Shown: positions 19,013-30,157 of the stretch, one piece after another
Layout: each line of letters opens with the position of its first letter
How positions within the stretch are numbered: position 1 is the stretch's first letter
Assembly (NCBI GenBank): GCA_041653115.1
Contig: JBAZGA010000002.1
Span: 27,243 to 91,242 of the forward strand
Origin: Candidatus Omnitrophota bacterium
GTDB lineage: Bacteria > Omnitrophota > Gorgyraeia > Gygaellales > Profunditerraquicolaceae
Reading direction: 5' to 3'
Length of the DNA stretch: 64,000 nt
Program-made: the position numbers and the translations under genes
Notes under the pieces: generated by a model
What the model was told of the DNA's origin: nothing
What the model saw: only the letters and a program-made list of their open reading frames with translations
The model's database searches: none

Positions 19013-19732
19013 TTAAAGCAAATAATCTTTTTTTATCCGCTTGATACTGCGGAAGATATTGGTCTTCACGTCCGGGCAGATTCTTTTGAGTTCGCTGATA
19101 ATCTTGGCCATCCGGGCGCGGTTTGAAGTAATCGAATTCGGGCAAATGCAGCTCTGGTTAGACAGGCTCTCTTGTTTGGCGAAACGCTTAATCATATATT
19201 CTTCCACATAGACCAGCGGCCGGATCAGGGTAATTTTTCCCTTGAAGAGCTCCTGCCTGGGCGACATCGCGGAAATCTCACCCTGGAAAAACAGGTTCAG
19301 TAAAATGGTCTCCACAACATCGTCTTTATGGTGGCCTAAAGCGACCTTGCTGCAGCCAAAGCGGTGAGCGGTTTCAAAGAGGGCTTTTCTGCGGTTCCAG
19401 GAGCACCAGAAACAGGAGATGTCTTTGGGTTTAGTTTTCTTGAGCACATCAACATTTTCAATATGATAATTGACGCCGATTTTTTTGAAATATTTTTCCA
19501 GTGTTCCGGCGCAAGACTTAGGATAACCCAAATCAATGTGCACTGCCAGGAGCTCATATTTTATCGGCACAAAGCGCTTGCGGTCATTTAAAACCTTTAA
19601 GAGCGTCAGGCTGTCCTTGCCGCCGGAAACTGCCACGCAAATCTTATCGCCTTCGGAGAGCATTTTATAATCAATAATCGCTCTCCCGACGCGCTTTGAA
19701 ATATAAAACTCCGGGCCTTGCAGCAGTGACAT
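19013..19732 (-). CDS. ttcA: tRNA 2-thiocytidine(32) synthetase TtcA (PP-loop ATPase)
   Basis: PP-loop SGGKDS plus CxxC cysteine pairs typical of TtcA. Confidence 0.75.
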   Translation of the reverse strand: MSLLQGPEFYISKRVGRAIIDYKMLSEGDKICVAVSGGKDSLTLLKVLNDRKRFVPIKYELLAVHIDLGYPKSCAGTLEKYFKKIGVNYHIENVDVLKKTKPKDISCFWCSWNRRKALFETAHRFGCSKVALGHHKDDVVETILLNLFFQGEISAMSPRQELFKGKITLIRPLVYVEEYMIKRFAKQESLSNQSCICPNSITSNRARMAKIISELKRICPDVKTNIFRSIKRIKKDYLL

Positions 19733-19733
19733 C

Positions 19734-20099
19734 CTAGATAGAATATACCAGAATCGCGCCCAAGGCTAAGGCGACACCCCCCCAAAGACGTATAAAAACA
19801 GGGGATTTTTTATCGAACCAGTTTATTGCCGCTTGCAATTTTGCCGGTTTAAGGATAAAAATCAGGCTGCCGCCAATAATCGCTAAGACGCCTAATACCA
19901 TTAAAAATATTTTCAACCTGCTCTCTGCGGCGCTGGACAAAAGCAAAACGCCAAAAAGGATGCGCAAAATTCCCGCGATATAAATTCTCCTGCCCTGCCT
20001 GAAGAAATTCAAAATCCGGTTATAAGCCTTCGGCCAGAGCAGGATGATAATCCCTGCTGCCATTAAATAAACTCCCACCAGCCTCACTAATATCAACAT
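19734..20099 (-). CDS. hypothetical integral membrane protein
   Basis: 121 aa with 3-4 predicted TM helices; no recognisable family. Confidence 0.4.
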   Translation of the reverse strand: MLILVRLVGVYLMAAGIIILLWPKAYNRILNFFRQGRRIYIAGILRILFGVLLLSSAAESRLKIFLMVLGVLAIIGGSLIFILKPAKLQAAINWFDKKSPVFIRLWGGVALALGAILVYSI

Positions 20100-20341
20100 A
20101 AAGACCTCCTTCTCTTAAAACGCATCTATAATTGGGGGGTAACGGCGCATGCTTTGAGTAATATGTTATAAAAGATTTCCGGCTTTTGCCGGAGCGTGCA
20201 TTAGAAATTTTTTGGCAAAGGTGCGCAAGGAATTACGCCGAACGAGAGGGAGCTATCCCGCGTAAGCATCCTGACCGAAAGAGAGGCGTAAACCGCAGCG
20301 CACGGCAAAAAATTTCAGCACGCGGAGGCAAAAGGCGGAAA

Positions 20342-22138
20342 TCAGGTTCTGCCTGATGCCACCACCATCCTCTTGATTTCTTCCGTAACTTCGTGCTTGA
20401 GCAGCTCTTCCAGCGAAATCGGCAGCGTCAAAGACCAGTTCTTCTCGCTGATAGTGCCGGGAGTATTGAATCGGTACTGATAAGCGTCGCCCGGAAAGAT
20501 ATCGGCCGGGTAAAGCCAATCGATGATAGTATTGATGCAGAATAACGAATTGGAGTCTAAGGTTATTTTCAGGGCGGCGCGGATAATCTCGTTATCACAC
20601 TTTTCGCGCATTGGCCCGGCGATCCCTAAATGTTTCCAAAACTTTTCTTTCTCCTGATAACTATTTTCGTACAAATCGATAAAATCCCCCAGCTCTTCTC
20701 TTTTCTTGCCTAAAATCGCCACCAGCTTATCTACCGAATCAACATTCTCTTGCCAGCGCAACCTGCCGTGCGCGGAACGCGTGGCGTCAAAAAGCTTCTC
20801 TTCTGCCGCCTTAAAATCTATCTGCCGCTGATCGCTGCATTTTCTGATAAAAAGGGCCTCGTCAATTGTCCCGGCCTCATTCTCCCACCACGCCGGCCAG
20901 TTAGTCGTATCGTGCGTAGAAAGCATCGCCACGGAAAGCCGGCGGTATCCTCCGGGCGGCAAAAAATCGTGTTTTACCTTCCAGTCCTTTACCCAGCGCT
21001 GCACATCATTGCCGGGGATACCCAGTTCCTTTAAGGTCTCCGGGCAGATCTCAGGTATCACCCCTAAGTCTTCGGCGCAGAGAAACATCCGGGTATATTC
21101 CCGGATAACTTTCAGGAGATTACGGCCGTGCTCGCCCCAGACCTGCTCGCCTTTAGGCTCAAAGAATCCGCGCAAGCCCTTATTCTCTAAGGGCTCATTG
21201 TAACGGATACTCCAGATGCGGAATAAACCCACGACGTGATCTATCCTTAAGATATCGTAGAAATTCTCGGCGTATTTTAGTTTCTCGCGCAAATACTTGT
21301 AACCGTCTGTGGCGATGCGTGCCCAGTTATAAGTCGGCATCCCCCAGCGCTGGCCGCGCGCCGCATAGGCATCCGGCGGAGCGCCGGCAGCGTATTCCAA
21401 TTGGAAAAATTCGGGGTGCTGCCAGACGTCGGCACTGTCGCGGGAAACCAGGATCGGCAGGTCGCCTTTGAGCAAGGTCTTTTTTGCCAGCGCGTATTTT
21501 TTTACTTCTTTGAATTGCCGGTAAAGCTGCCACTGGAGCCATTTTTGAAACAAGACCTCCTCTGCATGCTCGTTGCGGAAACTCTCTAAAGACCGGGCAT
21601 CGCGGTTTTTATATTTTTCCTCCCATTCATACCAGGGTTTTTCCTCCTGCGAGCCTTTCAGGGTTTTATATAAGGCAAAATCGCGCAGCCAATAAGCATT
21701 CTCTTCCTTAAAGCGGTGAAATTCCGGCGAATGCAGTTCCCTGTCTTCAAGGAATATTTCCCAAAGGAAGTTGATTTTCTCCCGCTTTATCCTGTAATCG
21801 ACATAGGGCGTGCCGGAGGGAAATTTTTCTCTGATCAGAGCGATCTTTTCCTTGAAAGAATTGTTTTTAGCGGCGGGAACCTTCTCTAAAGAAATATATG
21901 CCGGCTCTAAGGCAAAGGAGCTGATTGAATCGTAAGGGCAAAAAAGCGCCCCCAGTTCATTGAGCGGTAAAAGCTGGATAATGGAATTGCCCGTCTTATT
22001 CGCCCAGTCTATTACCAGACGCAGGTCATTTAATTCTCCGATACCCAGGCTTTCTTTGGAATATACGCAAAATAGGGGCACTGTTACCCCGGAGCGTTTA
22101 CGCCGGGAGAGCTGCTCGCTTAGGTTTTTTTCTGACAT
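20342..22138 (-). CDS. malQ: 4-alpha-glucanotransferase (amylomaltase, GH77)
   Basis: 598 aa with GH77 N-terminal signature (LGIGELNDL...LLPLNE) and catalytic region. Confidence 0.85.
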   Translation of the reverse strand: MSEKNLSEQLSRRKRSGVTVPLFCVYSKESLGIGELNDLRLVIDWANKTGNSIIQLLPLNELGALFCPYDSISSFALEPAYISLEKVPAAKNNSFKEKIALIREKFPSGTPYVDYRIKREKINFLWEIFLEDRELHSPEFHRFKEENAYWLRDFALYKTLKGSQEEKPWYEWEEKYKNRDARSLESFRNEHAEEVLFQKWLQWQLYRQFKEVKKYALAKKTLLKGDLPILVSRDSADVWQHPEFFQLEYAAGAPPDAYAARGQRWGMPTYNWARIATDGYKYLREKLKYAENFYDILRIDHVVGLFRIWSIRYNEPLENKGLRGFFEPKGEQVWGEHGRNLLKVIREYTRMFLCAEDLGVIPEICPETLKELGIPGNDVQRWVKDWKVKHDFLPPGGYRRLSVAMLSTHDTTNWPAWWENEAGTIDEALFIRKCSDQRQIDFKAAEEKLFDATRSAHGRLRWQENVDSVDKLVAILGKKREELGDFIDLYENSYQEKEKFWKHLGIAGPMREKCDNEIIRAALKITLDSNSLFCINTIIDWLYPADIFPGDAYQYRFNTPGTISEKNWSLTLPISLEELLKHEVTEEIKRMVVASGRT

Positions 22139-22151
22139 AAGAGCCTATTGC

Positions 22152-22961
22152 CTAAAATAGAAAGATAGCGCGGATGATTTTATCGAACCAAAAGAGCGAA
22201 ACCACTGCCGCAATCGCCAGAAACGGGCCGTAAGGAATGGTGTGGTCTTTTTTCACCAGGAGGTTAATGATGCCGATGACCGCGCCGAAGAACGGGGCAA
22301 GGAAAAAAGTCATTAAAGCCCTCTGCCAGCCCAGGAACGCCCCAATCGCCGCCAGCAATTTTACATCGCCGCCGCCCATGGATTCGGTCTCTCCCTGGAT
22401 GGGAGGTTTTTTCAGCCACTTAAAATAAACCAGGTCAAAGAGAAAACCGGTCAGATAGATAATCCCGCCGCCGATAATAATCCCGAGCAAAGAATTAACC
22501 AGGGGCTTTAAGCTGTAAGCTTTAAGCTGTAAATCAACGCCCCTTAAGCTGCTTAAGATAAATCCGACTGCTATGCCGCCGAGAGAAATCTCATCGGGGA
22601 TAATCCGGTGCGAGATATCGATAAAGGTGGCGATAATCAATCCGCAGGCAAAAAGGGTATAGAAGATAAAATCGTAACTTAATCCGTAACGGTTAAAAAA
22701 GACAAGAAACACCGCGGCAGTCAATAATTCGATCAGGGGATATTTCAGGGAAATCCTCTGTTTACAAAAACGGCATTTGCCTTTCAGGAGGATGTAGCTG
22801 ATAAAGGGGACATTGTCATACCAGGGGATTCTTTTTTCGCATTTGGGGCAATGCGAACCCGGCCAGACTACGGATTTACCCAGGGGCATGCGGTAGATAC
22901 AGACATTCAGGAAACTGCCGACGATAGAGCCGAAAATAAAAGCGATGATTTGACTAATCAT
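22152..22961 (-). CDS. pilD: prepilin peptidase (A24 family, PilD)
   Basis: N-terminal CPKC...CRFC zinc-binding tetrad, polytopic membrane body and aspartyl protease motifs. Confidence 0.85.
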   Translation of the reverse strand: MISQIIAFIFGSIVGSFLNVCIYRMPLGKSVVWPGSHCPKCEKRIPWYDNVPFISYILLKGKCRFCKQRISLKYPLIELLTAAVFLVFFNRYGLSYDFIFYTLFACGLIIATFIDISHRIIPDEISLGGIAVGFILSSLRGVDLQLKAYSLKPLVNSLLGIIIGGGIIYLTGFLFDLVYFKWLKKPPIQGETESMGGGDVKLLAAIGAFLGWQRALMTFFLAPFFGAVIGIINLLVKKDHTIPYGPFLAIAAVVSLFWFDKIIRAIFLF

Positions 22962-23812
22962 GTTTTAGCTACTCCTTTGTTTAAGGCTTGGCGCATTATT
23001 TCTACGGGCGCTTTTTTACCTGTCCAGATCTCGAAACTGGCAACGCCCTGGTATAAAAGCATCCCTAAGCCATTGGATACCGAGGCACCTTTATCCCGGG
23101 CCGCCTTTAATAATTTTGTTTCTTTGGGATTATAGATTAAATCGTAGACTAAAAGCCCGGCACGGATAAATTTTTCATCCACCGGGGAGGGGTCGCTTTC
23201 TTTCATGCCGACGGGAGTGGCATTTACCAGTAAATCAGAACCTCCGATGTTAAGCCCTTCGATAGATTCGGCGCTTTTAAACTCTATCTTATGAAAACTT
23301 TCTTTTAAATGTTTAATCAACGCCGCCAGCCTGTTTTTATCCAAGTCATAAATTGCGATGGACTTGGGCTTTGTTTTGCTCAGATAAACCGAAAGCGCTT
23401 TGGCAGCGCCTCCCGCGCCCAGAAGTGCAATGGTTTTCCCTCCCGGGTCAAACCCTAAATCAACGGTCAGGTGCTTTAAAAATCCTTCTCCGTCGGTATT
23501 AAAACCTTCCAATTTATTTGCGGAAGCCCTGAGCGTGTTCACCGCGCCGATTAATTCGGCTTCCAGAGACAGCTTCTCCAAAAAAGGGATAATCCGCTCT
23601 TTGTAAGGCACGGTGACATTCAAGCCCAGGATGTTTTCCCTGAAGAGAGAATGTAAAAAACCTTCCAGCTCTTCCGGATTTTTCTCGAAAATCCTGTATT
23701 CGGCATTTATCTTGAGGGCCTGGAAGGCCGCATTGTGCATCAGGGGAGACAAGCTGTGTTTGGCAGGATAACCTAAGACCCCATAGATTTTAGGCTGAGA
23801 ATTCTTATCCAT
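22958..23812 (-). CDS. aroE: shikimate dehydrogenase
   Basis: N-terminus YGVLGYPAKHSLSP and Rossmann GAGGAAKA. Confidence 0.8.
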   Translation of the reverse strand: MDKNSQPKIYGVLGYPAKHSLSPLMHNAAFQALKINAEYRIFEKNPEELEGFLHSLFRENILGLNVTVPYKERIIPFLEKLSLEAELIGAVNTLRASANKLEGFNTDGEGFLKHLTVDLGFDPGGKTIALLGAGGAAKALSVYLSKTKPKSIAIYDLDKNRLAALIKHLKESFHKIEFKSAESIEGLNIGGSDLLVNATPVGMKESDPSPVDEKFIRAGLLVYDLIYNPKETKLLKAARDKGASVSNGLGMLLYQGVASFEIWTGKKAPVEIMRQALNKGVAKT

Positions 23813-23822
23813 TCAGGATGGA

Positions 23823-25355
23823 TTAAAGGCTTTCTATTTTGTTTAAAGCGTTGATATATGCCCGCAGCGATGCCTCGACGATATCCGTGCTTGAGCCGCG
23901 GGCGGTGACTACCTTGCCCCTGGCTTTCAGCTTCAGGCCGACTTCGCCCAGGGCATCCTTACCCTTGGTCACTGCTTCAATACGGTAATCCTGGAGCTCA
24001 CATTTTGTGCCGGTAATTTTATCAATCGCCTTAAAACAGGCGTCTACCGGCCCGTCGCCTGAAGAGCTGCCGGAAATAATTTTATTTTTATATTTTAAGC
24101 TGACAGAGGCCTGCGGCACAACCCTGGTCCCTGAGTTAACCTCAAAACTCTCCAGCTTCCAGACCGGCTTAATCAGCCTGATTTCATCTTCCACTATGGA
24201 AATTAAATCATCGTCAAAGATATTCTTCTTTTTATCCGCCAGGGCCTTAAAGCGCTCGTTGACTTTATTCAGCTCTTCCTGGCTCAAATTAAACCCGAGC
24301 TCCTTTAACCTCTCGTTCAGAGCATGCCTTCCCGAGTGCTTGCCCAAAACCAGGCCTGTTCCGGTAAAGCCGACGTCTTCGGGCTTGATAATCTCATAGG
24401 TCGAGCGCTCTTTGAGCACGCCGTCCTGATGGATGCCTGATTCATGGCGAAAGGCATTGCCGCCGACAATCGCCTTGTTCGGCGCGACCACAAAACCGGT
24501 GAGCTTACTCACCAGGCGCGAGACTTTATAGATTTGATTGGTGGCGATATTTGTCTCGAGACCCCTGAAGATATCGGGGCGGGTTTTAATATTCATGACA
24601 ATTTCTTCCATCGAGGCATTGCCGGCGCGTTCGCCGATGCCGTTGACAGTGCACTCCACCTGGCGCGCGCCGTTTCTCACCGCTTCCAGCGAATTAGCTA
24701 CGGCTATCCCCAAATCATTATGGCAGTGCGTAGAAATCACCGCTTCGTCGATATTCGTGACGTTTTCCTTAATCCCCCGGATCAGGCTCCCGTATTCTTC
24801 CGGCTGCGTATAACCGACAGTATCGGGGATATTCACAGTAGTGGCGCCTTCCTTGATTACCGCTTCCAGCACCCGGTACAAAAATTCCCTTTCGCTGCGC
24901 GAGGCATCCTCCGGAGAGAATTCTATGTCTTGGCAAAACTTTTTTGCGTATTTTACGCTCTCAATAGCCAGGCGCATAATCTCGTCTTCGGCTTTTTTCA
25001 GTTTATACTGCATATGGATTTTGGAAGTCGCCAGAAATACGTGGATACAGCCGCGCTTGGCAGACTTTATGCCTTCAGCCGCGGCATCGATATCCGCCTT
25101 GATTGCCCGGGCCAAAGCGCAGATTACCGGCCCTTTAACCGCTTTGGCAATCTGCTTTACGGATTCCAGGTCTCCCGGGCTGGAAATCGGAAAGCCGGCC
25201 TCAATGACATCCACGCCCAGGTCAGCCAGGGCATGGGCGATCTCCATTTTTTCCGCCGGGTTTAAGCTCGCGCCCGGCGCCTGCTCTCCGTCTCTTAAAG
25301 TTGTATCAAAAATAATTATTTTTTCATCCATGGTAACTCTTATTTCTTCATCCAA
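23823..25355 (-). CDS. 2-isopropylmalate synthase / (R)-citramalate synthase family (LeuA/CimA)
   Basis: DRE-TIM HMGL-like domain ([10 protein letters not shown], HxH) plus C-terminal LeuA dimer domain; sits inside the ilv cluster. Confidence 0.8.
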   Translation of the reverse strand: MDEEIRVTMDEKIIIFDTTLRDGEQAPGASLNPAEKMEIAHALADLGVDVIEAGFPISSPGDLESVKQIAKAVKGPVICALARAIKADIDAAAEGIKSAKRGCIHVFLATSKIHMQYKLKKAEDEIMRLAIESVKYAKKFCQDIEFSPEDASRSEREFLYRVLEAVIKEGATTVNIPDTVGYTQPEEYGSLIRGIKENVTNIDEAVISTHCHNDLGIAVANSLEAVRNGARQVECTVNGIGERAGNASMEEIVMNIKTRPDIFRGLETNIATNQIYKVSRLVSKLTGFVVAPNKAIVGGNAFRHESGIHQDGVLKERSTYEIIKPEDVGFTGTGLVLGKHSGRHALNERLKELGFNLSQEELNKVNERFKALADKKKNIFDDDLISIVEDEIRLIKPVWKLESFEVNSGTRVVPQASVSLKYKNKIISGSSSGDGPVDACFKAIDKITGTKCELQDYRIEAVTKGKDALGEVGLKLKARGKVVTARGSSTDIVEASLRAYINALNKIESL

Positions 25356-26332
25356 GGCATCATTTCCCTGAGCTTCTTTCCCACCGCTTCAATCGGATGA
25401 TTATCTCCGTCCTGCAAGAGTTTATTGAAATTCGGCCTGCCGATTTCATTTTCCTTAATCCATTCGCGGGCGAACTTCCCGGACTTGATGTCTTTTAAAA
25501 GTTTCTGCATCGTCTTGCGGGTCTTTTCGGTAATAACCTTCGGGCCGCGGGTTAAATCGCCGTAACAGGCGGTATTGGAAACTCTGCGCCGCATTCCGCT
25601 AATCCCGACTTCCTGGATTAAATCGGTAATAAGTTTTAATTCATGCAAAACCTCAAAATAAGCGATCTCCGGCTGATAACCGGCGTTGACCAGGGTGTCA
25701 AAACCGGCCTTGATTAATTCCGTAACTCCGCCGCAGAGCACTGCCTGTTCGCCGAAAAGGTCGGTTTCCGTTTCTTCTTCAAATGTCGTCTCAATGACTC
25801 CTGCGCGGGTGGCGCCGATCCCCTTGGCATAAGCCAGGCCGATTTGCCTGGCCTGCCCTGTGGCATCCTGAAAGACTGCCAGGAGGCTGGGTACTCCTTT
25901 ACCTTCTTCAAACATCCGCCTGACCAAAGCGCCCGGGCCTTTGGGCGCGACCATAAACACGTCTACGTTCTTCGGCGGCTTGATTTGTTTAAAACGGATA
26001 TTGAAACCGTGTGAAAAACAAAGGGCTTTATCTTTCTTCAGGTTCGGCTTAATGCTCTCCTTATAGACCTTGGCCTGCACATGGTCCTGGGTCAAAATCT
26101 GGATAATCTCCGCGGCCCTGGCTGCTTCCTCGACAGGGACCGGAACAAATCCGTCCTGTTTTGCCTGCTCAAAATTTGGCGTACCCGCCAGCTCCGAAAC
26201 GATTACCCTTAAGCCCGAATCACGCAGGCAGAGCGCCTGGCCCCGGCCCTGGATGCCGTAACCGATAATCGCAATTGCCTTCTCCTTCAGCAGAGATAAA
26301 TCCGCATCGCTGTCATAGTAAATTTTCGCCAT
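25340..26332 (-). CDS. ilvC: ketol-acid reductoisomerase, class I
   Basis: 330 aa with [17 protein letters not shown] Rossmann signature. Confidence 0.9.
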   Translation of the reverse strand: MAKIYYDSDADLSLLKEKAIAIIGYGIQGRGQALCLRDSGLRVIVSELAGTPNFEQAKQDGFVPVPVEEAARAAEIIQILTQDHVQAKVYKESIKPNLKKDKALCFSHGFNIRFKQIKPPKNVDVFMVAPKGPGALVRRMFEEGKGVPSLLAVFQDATGQARQIGLAYAKGIGATRAGVIETTFEEETETDLFGEQAVLCGGVTELIKAGFDTLVNAGYQPEIAYFEVLHELKLITDLIQEVGISGMRRRVSNTACYGDLTRGPKVITEKTRKTMQKLLKDIKSGKFAREWIKENEIGRPNFNKLLQDGDNHPIEAVGKKLREMMPWMKK

Positions 26333-26358
26333 TTTTAAATCCTCCTTTGGATAACGAA

Positions 26359-26829
26359 CTACGCTATCGCAATCCTGCCTGTCCTGACTAATTCCTTAAT
26401 CCCGAATTGCTGCAGGCGCTCCAACAGTTCTTTAATCTGTGATTGTTCGCCTACCGCCTCGATAATCGCGATATCACCCTTGTGCTGGATTATTTTCGCC
26501 ACATACTTATTCAAGGCGCCTTCTAATTTAACTTTTTCTTTTGCCGAATAATTCACCTTCGCTAAAATCAGCTCGCGGTCAACGTGTTCTTTTTTGGTAA
26601 AATCGGTTACCGTAATTACGTCTATCAGTTTATTCAGCTGTTTTTTAATCTGCTCCAATACCTTCTCGTCTTCCGCCTCTACCACCATGGTCATATAGGA
26701 AATCTCCGGCTCCAAAGTTTCGCTCACCGCTAAAGAGGCGATATTGTACCCGCGGGCGCTGAATAACCCGGAAATGCGCGCCAGGACCCCGGGTTTATTT
26801 TCCACTAATACGGAAATCGTATGTCTCAT
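26359..26829 (-). CDS. ilvN: acetolactate synthase small (regulatory) subunit
   Basis: ACT domain N-terminus ([21 protein letters not shown]); 156 aa. Confidence 0.85.
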   Translation of the reverse strand: MRHTISVLVENKPGVLARISGLFSARGYNIASLAVSETLEPEISYMTMVVEAEDEKVLEQIKKQLNKLIDVITVTDFTKKEHVDRELILAKVNYSAKEKVKLEGALNKYVAKIIQHKGDIAIIEAVGEQSQIKELLERLQQFGIKELVRTGRIAIA

Positions 26830-28493
26830 TATGCCAGGCCCTCAATCATCCGGTTGATAGCTTCACCCGCCGGCACCATCGGATAAACGTTCTCTTCCGG
26901 CTCGATATGAAAATCAATAAACACGGTATTATCTATGGAGAGCGCCTTTTCGATTGCCGGGCGCACTTCTTCTTTCTTGGTCACGCGGATCCCCACCGCG
27001 CCGAAGCTCTCCGCCAATTTCACGAAATCCGGCCCCGCGATACAGGTATGCGAATAGCGTTTTTTATAAAAGAGCTCCTGCCACTGCCTGACCATGCCTA
27101 AATAACCGTTGTTCAGGATTGCCACCTTCACGTTTATTTTATTACAGACGCAGGTAGCCAGCTCCTGGATGTTCATCTGGATTGAGCCGTCTCCGGCGAT
27201 ATCAAAAACTATTTTTTCCGGACATCCCAGCTTCGCTCCCATCGCCGCGGGAAAACCAAAACCCATAGTCCCCAGCCCTCCTGACGAAATAAACGTGCGG
27301 GGCGAGGTATATCTATACCACTGCGCTGCCCACATCTGGTTCTGGCCGACTTCCGTAGTAATAATCGCCTCGCCTTTTGTCGCCTCGTCAATCTGCTCAA
27401 TCACATATTGCGGCTTGATCTTATCCCCGTCTTTATAACGCAGGGGATATTTCTTTTTCAGCGCCTCAACTTCCTTCAGCCATTCGGTAGTATCGGGGAT
27501 CTCCTTCAATTGCTCAAGCAGCTCGCCGAGTATATTTTTAGCATCCCCCACTATAGGAATATCCACGCGGAAATTCTTGCCGATGGAAGAAGGGTCAATA
27601 TCAATATGGATGACTTTTGCCGAAGGAGCAAAGGCATCCAGCCTGCCGGTAACCCGGTCATCAAAACGCGCTCCCACCGCGATAATCAGGTCGGAAGCGG
27701 TAATCGCGTGGTTTGCATAGGCGGTGCCGTGCATCCCCAGCATCCCCAGGGATAATTTATGCGTGGCCGGGAATGCGCCGATGCCCATCAATGTCCAAGT
27801 AACCGGCGCCTGGATTTTTTCCGCGAGCGCTCTCAAAATAAATGTTGCGCCGCTGCTGATAATTCCTCCGCCGCAATAAATCAGCGGTTTCTCTGCGCCG
27901 GCGATTAATTTTGCCGCTTTTTTAATCTGCCCGGGATGGCCGAAATACGTCGGCTTATAGCTTCTGATCTCCAGTTTTTCCGGCCAGATAAATTCGCTAT
28001 CCTGCATTTGCACATCAGAAGGAATATCTATCAGCACCGGGCCGGGCCTGCCGGTAGAGGCAATATAAAAGGCCTCGCGCACAACCCTAGCCAAATCCTT
28101 GACATCTTTTACCAGGAAATTATGCTTGGTAATCGGCCGGGTAATCCCGGTAACATCCGCCTCCTGAAAAGCGTCGTTGCCGATTAGAAACGTTTTTACC
28201 TGGCCGGTAATCGCCACCATCGGGATAGAATCCATGTAGGCGGTGGCAATGCCGGTAACTAAATTGGTAGCGCCGGGGCCGGAGGTAGCCACGCAAACCC
28301 CGGGCTTCCCGGTGGCGCGGGCATAGCCGTCGGCAGCGTGCGCCGCTCCCTGTTCATGCCGGACCAGGATAAAACGGATATCCGCATCATAAATTTTATC
28401 GAACAAAGGCAATACCTGTCCGCCGGGATAACCGAATATCACCTGGACGCCTTCGCGCTTTAAACACTCAATCAGAATCTCGGCACCAATCAT
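26829..28493 (-). CDS. ilvB: acetolactate synthase large subunit
   Basis: 554 aa TPP enzyme with GYPGG and GDGS motifs. Confidence 0.9.
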   Translation of the reverse strand: MIGAEILIECLKREGVQVIFGYPGGQVLPLFDKIYDADIRFILVRHEQGAAHAADGYARATGKPGVCVATSGPGATNLVTGIATAYMDSIPMVAITGQVKTFLIGNDAFQEADVTGITRPITKHNFLVKDVKDLARVVREAFYIASTGRPGPVLIDIPSDVQMQDSEFIWPEKLEIRSYKPTYFGHPGQIKKAAKLIAGAEKPLIYCGGGIISSGATFILRALAEKIQAPVTWTLMGIGAFPATHKLSLGMLGMHGTAYANHAITASDLIIAVGARFDDRVTGRLDAFAPSAKVIHIDIDPSSIGKNFRVDIPIVGDAKNILGELLEQLKEIPDTTEWLKEVEALKKKYPLRYKDGDKIKPQYVIEQIDEATKGEAIITTEVGQNQMWAAQWYRYTSPRTFISSGGLGTMGFGFPAAMGAKLGCPEKIVFDIAGDGSIQMNIQELATCVCNKINVKVAILNNGYLGMVRQWQELFYKKRYSHTCIAGPDFVKLAESFGAVGIRVTKKEEVRPAIEKALSIDNTVFIDFHIEPEENVYPMVPAGEAINRMIEGLA

Positions 28494-28494
28494 T

Positions 28495-30147
28495 TTAACT
28501 TAAGATCGCTCCTTTATCCGCCGAACTCACCAACCGGGAATACCGCGCCAAATAACCGGTTTTTATTTTTGGCGGAACCGCTTTCCAGTTTCTAAATCTT
28601 TTTTCTATTTCCTGGCTGCTTAATTTAACTTCCAGCTTCCGGTTCGCTATATCTATACTGATTATATCGCCGTCTTTTAAAATCGCTATCGGGCCGCAGG
28701 CCGAAGCCTCGGGAGAAATATGGCCGATGCAGGGGCCTTTGGTGCCGCCGGAAAATCTGCCGTCGGTAATTAAGGCCACGGAGTCGGCTAAACCCATGCC
28801 GACAATCGCGGAAGTAGGCGCCAGCATTTCGCGCATGCCCGGGCCGCCGGAAGGGCCTTCATAGCGGATGACGATAACCTGGCCTTTTTTAATCCTGCGG
28901 TTTAAAATTGCCTGCATTGCTTCTTCTTCGCGGTTAAAAACCTTTGTCCGACCGCTGAATTTCATCATTTTCGGATTCACTGCCGACTGCTTCACCACTG
29001 CGCCGCAAGGAGCAAGATTGCCGGATAAAACCGCAATCCCGCCCTGTTTATGGTAGGCGCGGCCAAGCGGCCGGATAACTTCTTCATCAAAAATCTCTGC
29101 GCTATCGGCAATCTCAAATATTTTTCTGCCGCTTAAGGTCGTAAGATTATGCAATTTACCTTTTAAACGCTTGAGCACCGCCGGGATTCCTCCGGCATAC
29201 TCCAAATCCTCCATAAAATGTGTGCCTGCCGGCTCTAAGCTGGTAATGTGCGGGGTCTGCTTGCTTATTTTGTCAAAAGTTGCTAAGTTTAATTTTATTC
29301 CGGCTTCATGCGCAATAGCCATGAGGTGTAAAACCGTATTCGTTGACCCGCCTAAGGCCATATCCGCCACAATTGCATTCTCTAAAGATTTTTTGTTGAT
29401 AATCGCCAACGGTGTAATATTTTTTTTGACCAACTCCACGATACGTTCACCGCTGGCCTGGGCAATGCGGCGCTTCTTTGCCGACGCTGCCAAAGCCGTG
29501 GCGCAGCCGGGTAGAGACATCCCCATGGCCTCAATTAAACAAGCCATGGTGTTGGCGGTATATAAACCCTGGCAGGAACCGGCGCCGGGGCAGGCCTCTG
29601 TCTCCAGGCAAACCAGTTCTTCCGCGGAGATTTCGCCTTTTTTTGCCCGTGCCAAGGCCTCATAGGTATCGTGCACAAAGGCGAGTTTTTTTTGCCTGTA
29701 ACGGCCGGAGAGCATCGGCCCGGCAGTGACGATGATTGCCGGAATATTTAACCGCGCCACACCCATTAGCATGCCGGGCGTGATTTTATCGCAATTCGTC
29801 AAACAGACAATCCCGTCTAACTGGTGGGCATTGCAGACGGTTTCAATGGTATCGGCGACGATTTCCCTTAAGGCCAAAGGATAACACATCCCTAAATGGC
29901 CCATGGCAATCCCGTCGCAGATACCCGGCACGCCGAACAAAAAGGGCACACCGCCGCCGTAACAGACGCCGCGCTCAATGAAGCGTTCCAAATCGCGCAT
30001 CCCGATATGACCGGGGATTAAATCCGTAAAAGACGTGGCAATGCCGATAAAGGGCCTGCCTAAGTCCTTTCTGCTTAATCCCGTGGCAGATAAAAGCGCT
30101 CTGTGCGGAACCCGCTCCAATCCTTTTTTAATCTTATCCGAACGCAT
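28495..30147 (-). CDS. ilvD: dihydroxy-acid dehydratase
   Basis: ILVD/EDD family motifs ([13 protein letters not shown]). Start chosen at the MRSDKIKKG Met, which gives a 10-nt gap to the upstream gene; the longer ORF extends to 30186. Confidence 0.9.
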   Translation of the reverse strand: MRSDKIKKGLERVPHRALLSATGLSRKDLGRPFIGIATSFTDLIPGHIGMRDLERFIERGVCYGGGVPFLFGVPGICDGIAMGHLGMCYPLALREIVADTIETVCNAHQLDGIVCLTNCDKITPGMLMGVARLNIPAIIVTAGPMLSGRYRQKKLAFVHDTYEALARAKKGEISAEELVCLETEACPGAGSCQGLYTANTMACLIEAMGMSLPGCATALAASAKKRRIAQASGERIVELVKKNITPLAIINKKSLENAIVADMALGGSTNTVLHLMAIAHEAGIKLNLATFDKISKQTPHITSLEPAGTHFMEDLEYAGGIPAVLKRLKGKLHNLTTLSGRKIFEIADSAEIFDEEVIRPLGRAYHKQGGIAVLSGNLAPCGAVVKQSAVNPKMMKFSGRTKVFNREEEAMQAILNRRIKKGQVIVIRYEGPSGGPGMREMLAPTSAIVGMGLADSVALITDGRFSGGTKGPCIGHISPEASACGPIAILKDGDIISIDIANRKLEVKLSSQEIEKRFRNWKAVPPKIKTGYLARYSRLVSSADKGAILS

Positions 30148-30157
30148 AATACTCTCC

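Noticed and set aside
20100-20341. Possible guanidine-III (ykkC-III) riboswitch because of a GGUCAGGA match upstream of a small membrane protein
   Set aside because: Only a 9-nt match; the rest of the consensus and pseudoknot partners are absent. The downstream 121-aa membrane protein lacks SMR/Gdx hallmarks such as the conserved TM1 Glu.
20253-20519. 88-aa minus-strand ORF in the malQ downstream spacer
   Set aside because: Overlaps the malQ 3' end out of frame, is Arg/Gly-rich low complexity with no SD; more likely non-coding sequence.
22480-22560. Tandem CTTTAAGCTGTAA repeats and four TTAAGCTG copies
   Set aside because: They fall inside the pilD coding sequence in a loop region and do not disrupt the frame; not a CRISPR array or intergenic repeat.
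24444-25371. Long plus-strand ORFs (273 aa and 176 aa) in the ORF track
   Set aside because: They lie antisense inside the leuA/cimA gene, whose protein has strong family motifs. Low-complexity translations with no SD; typical shadow ORFs.
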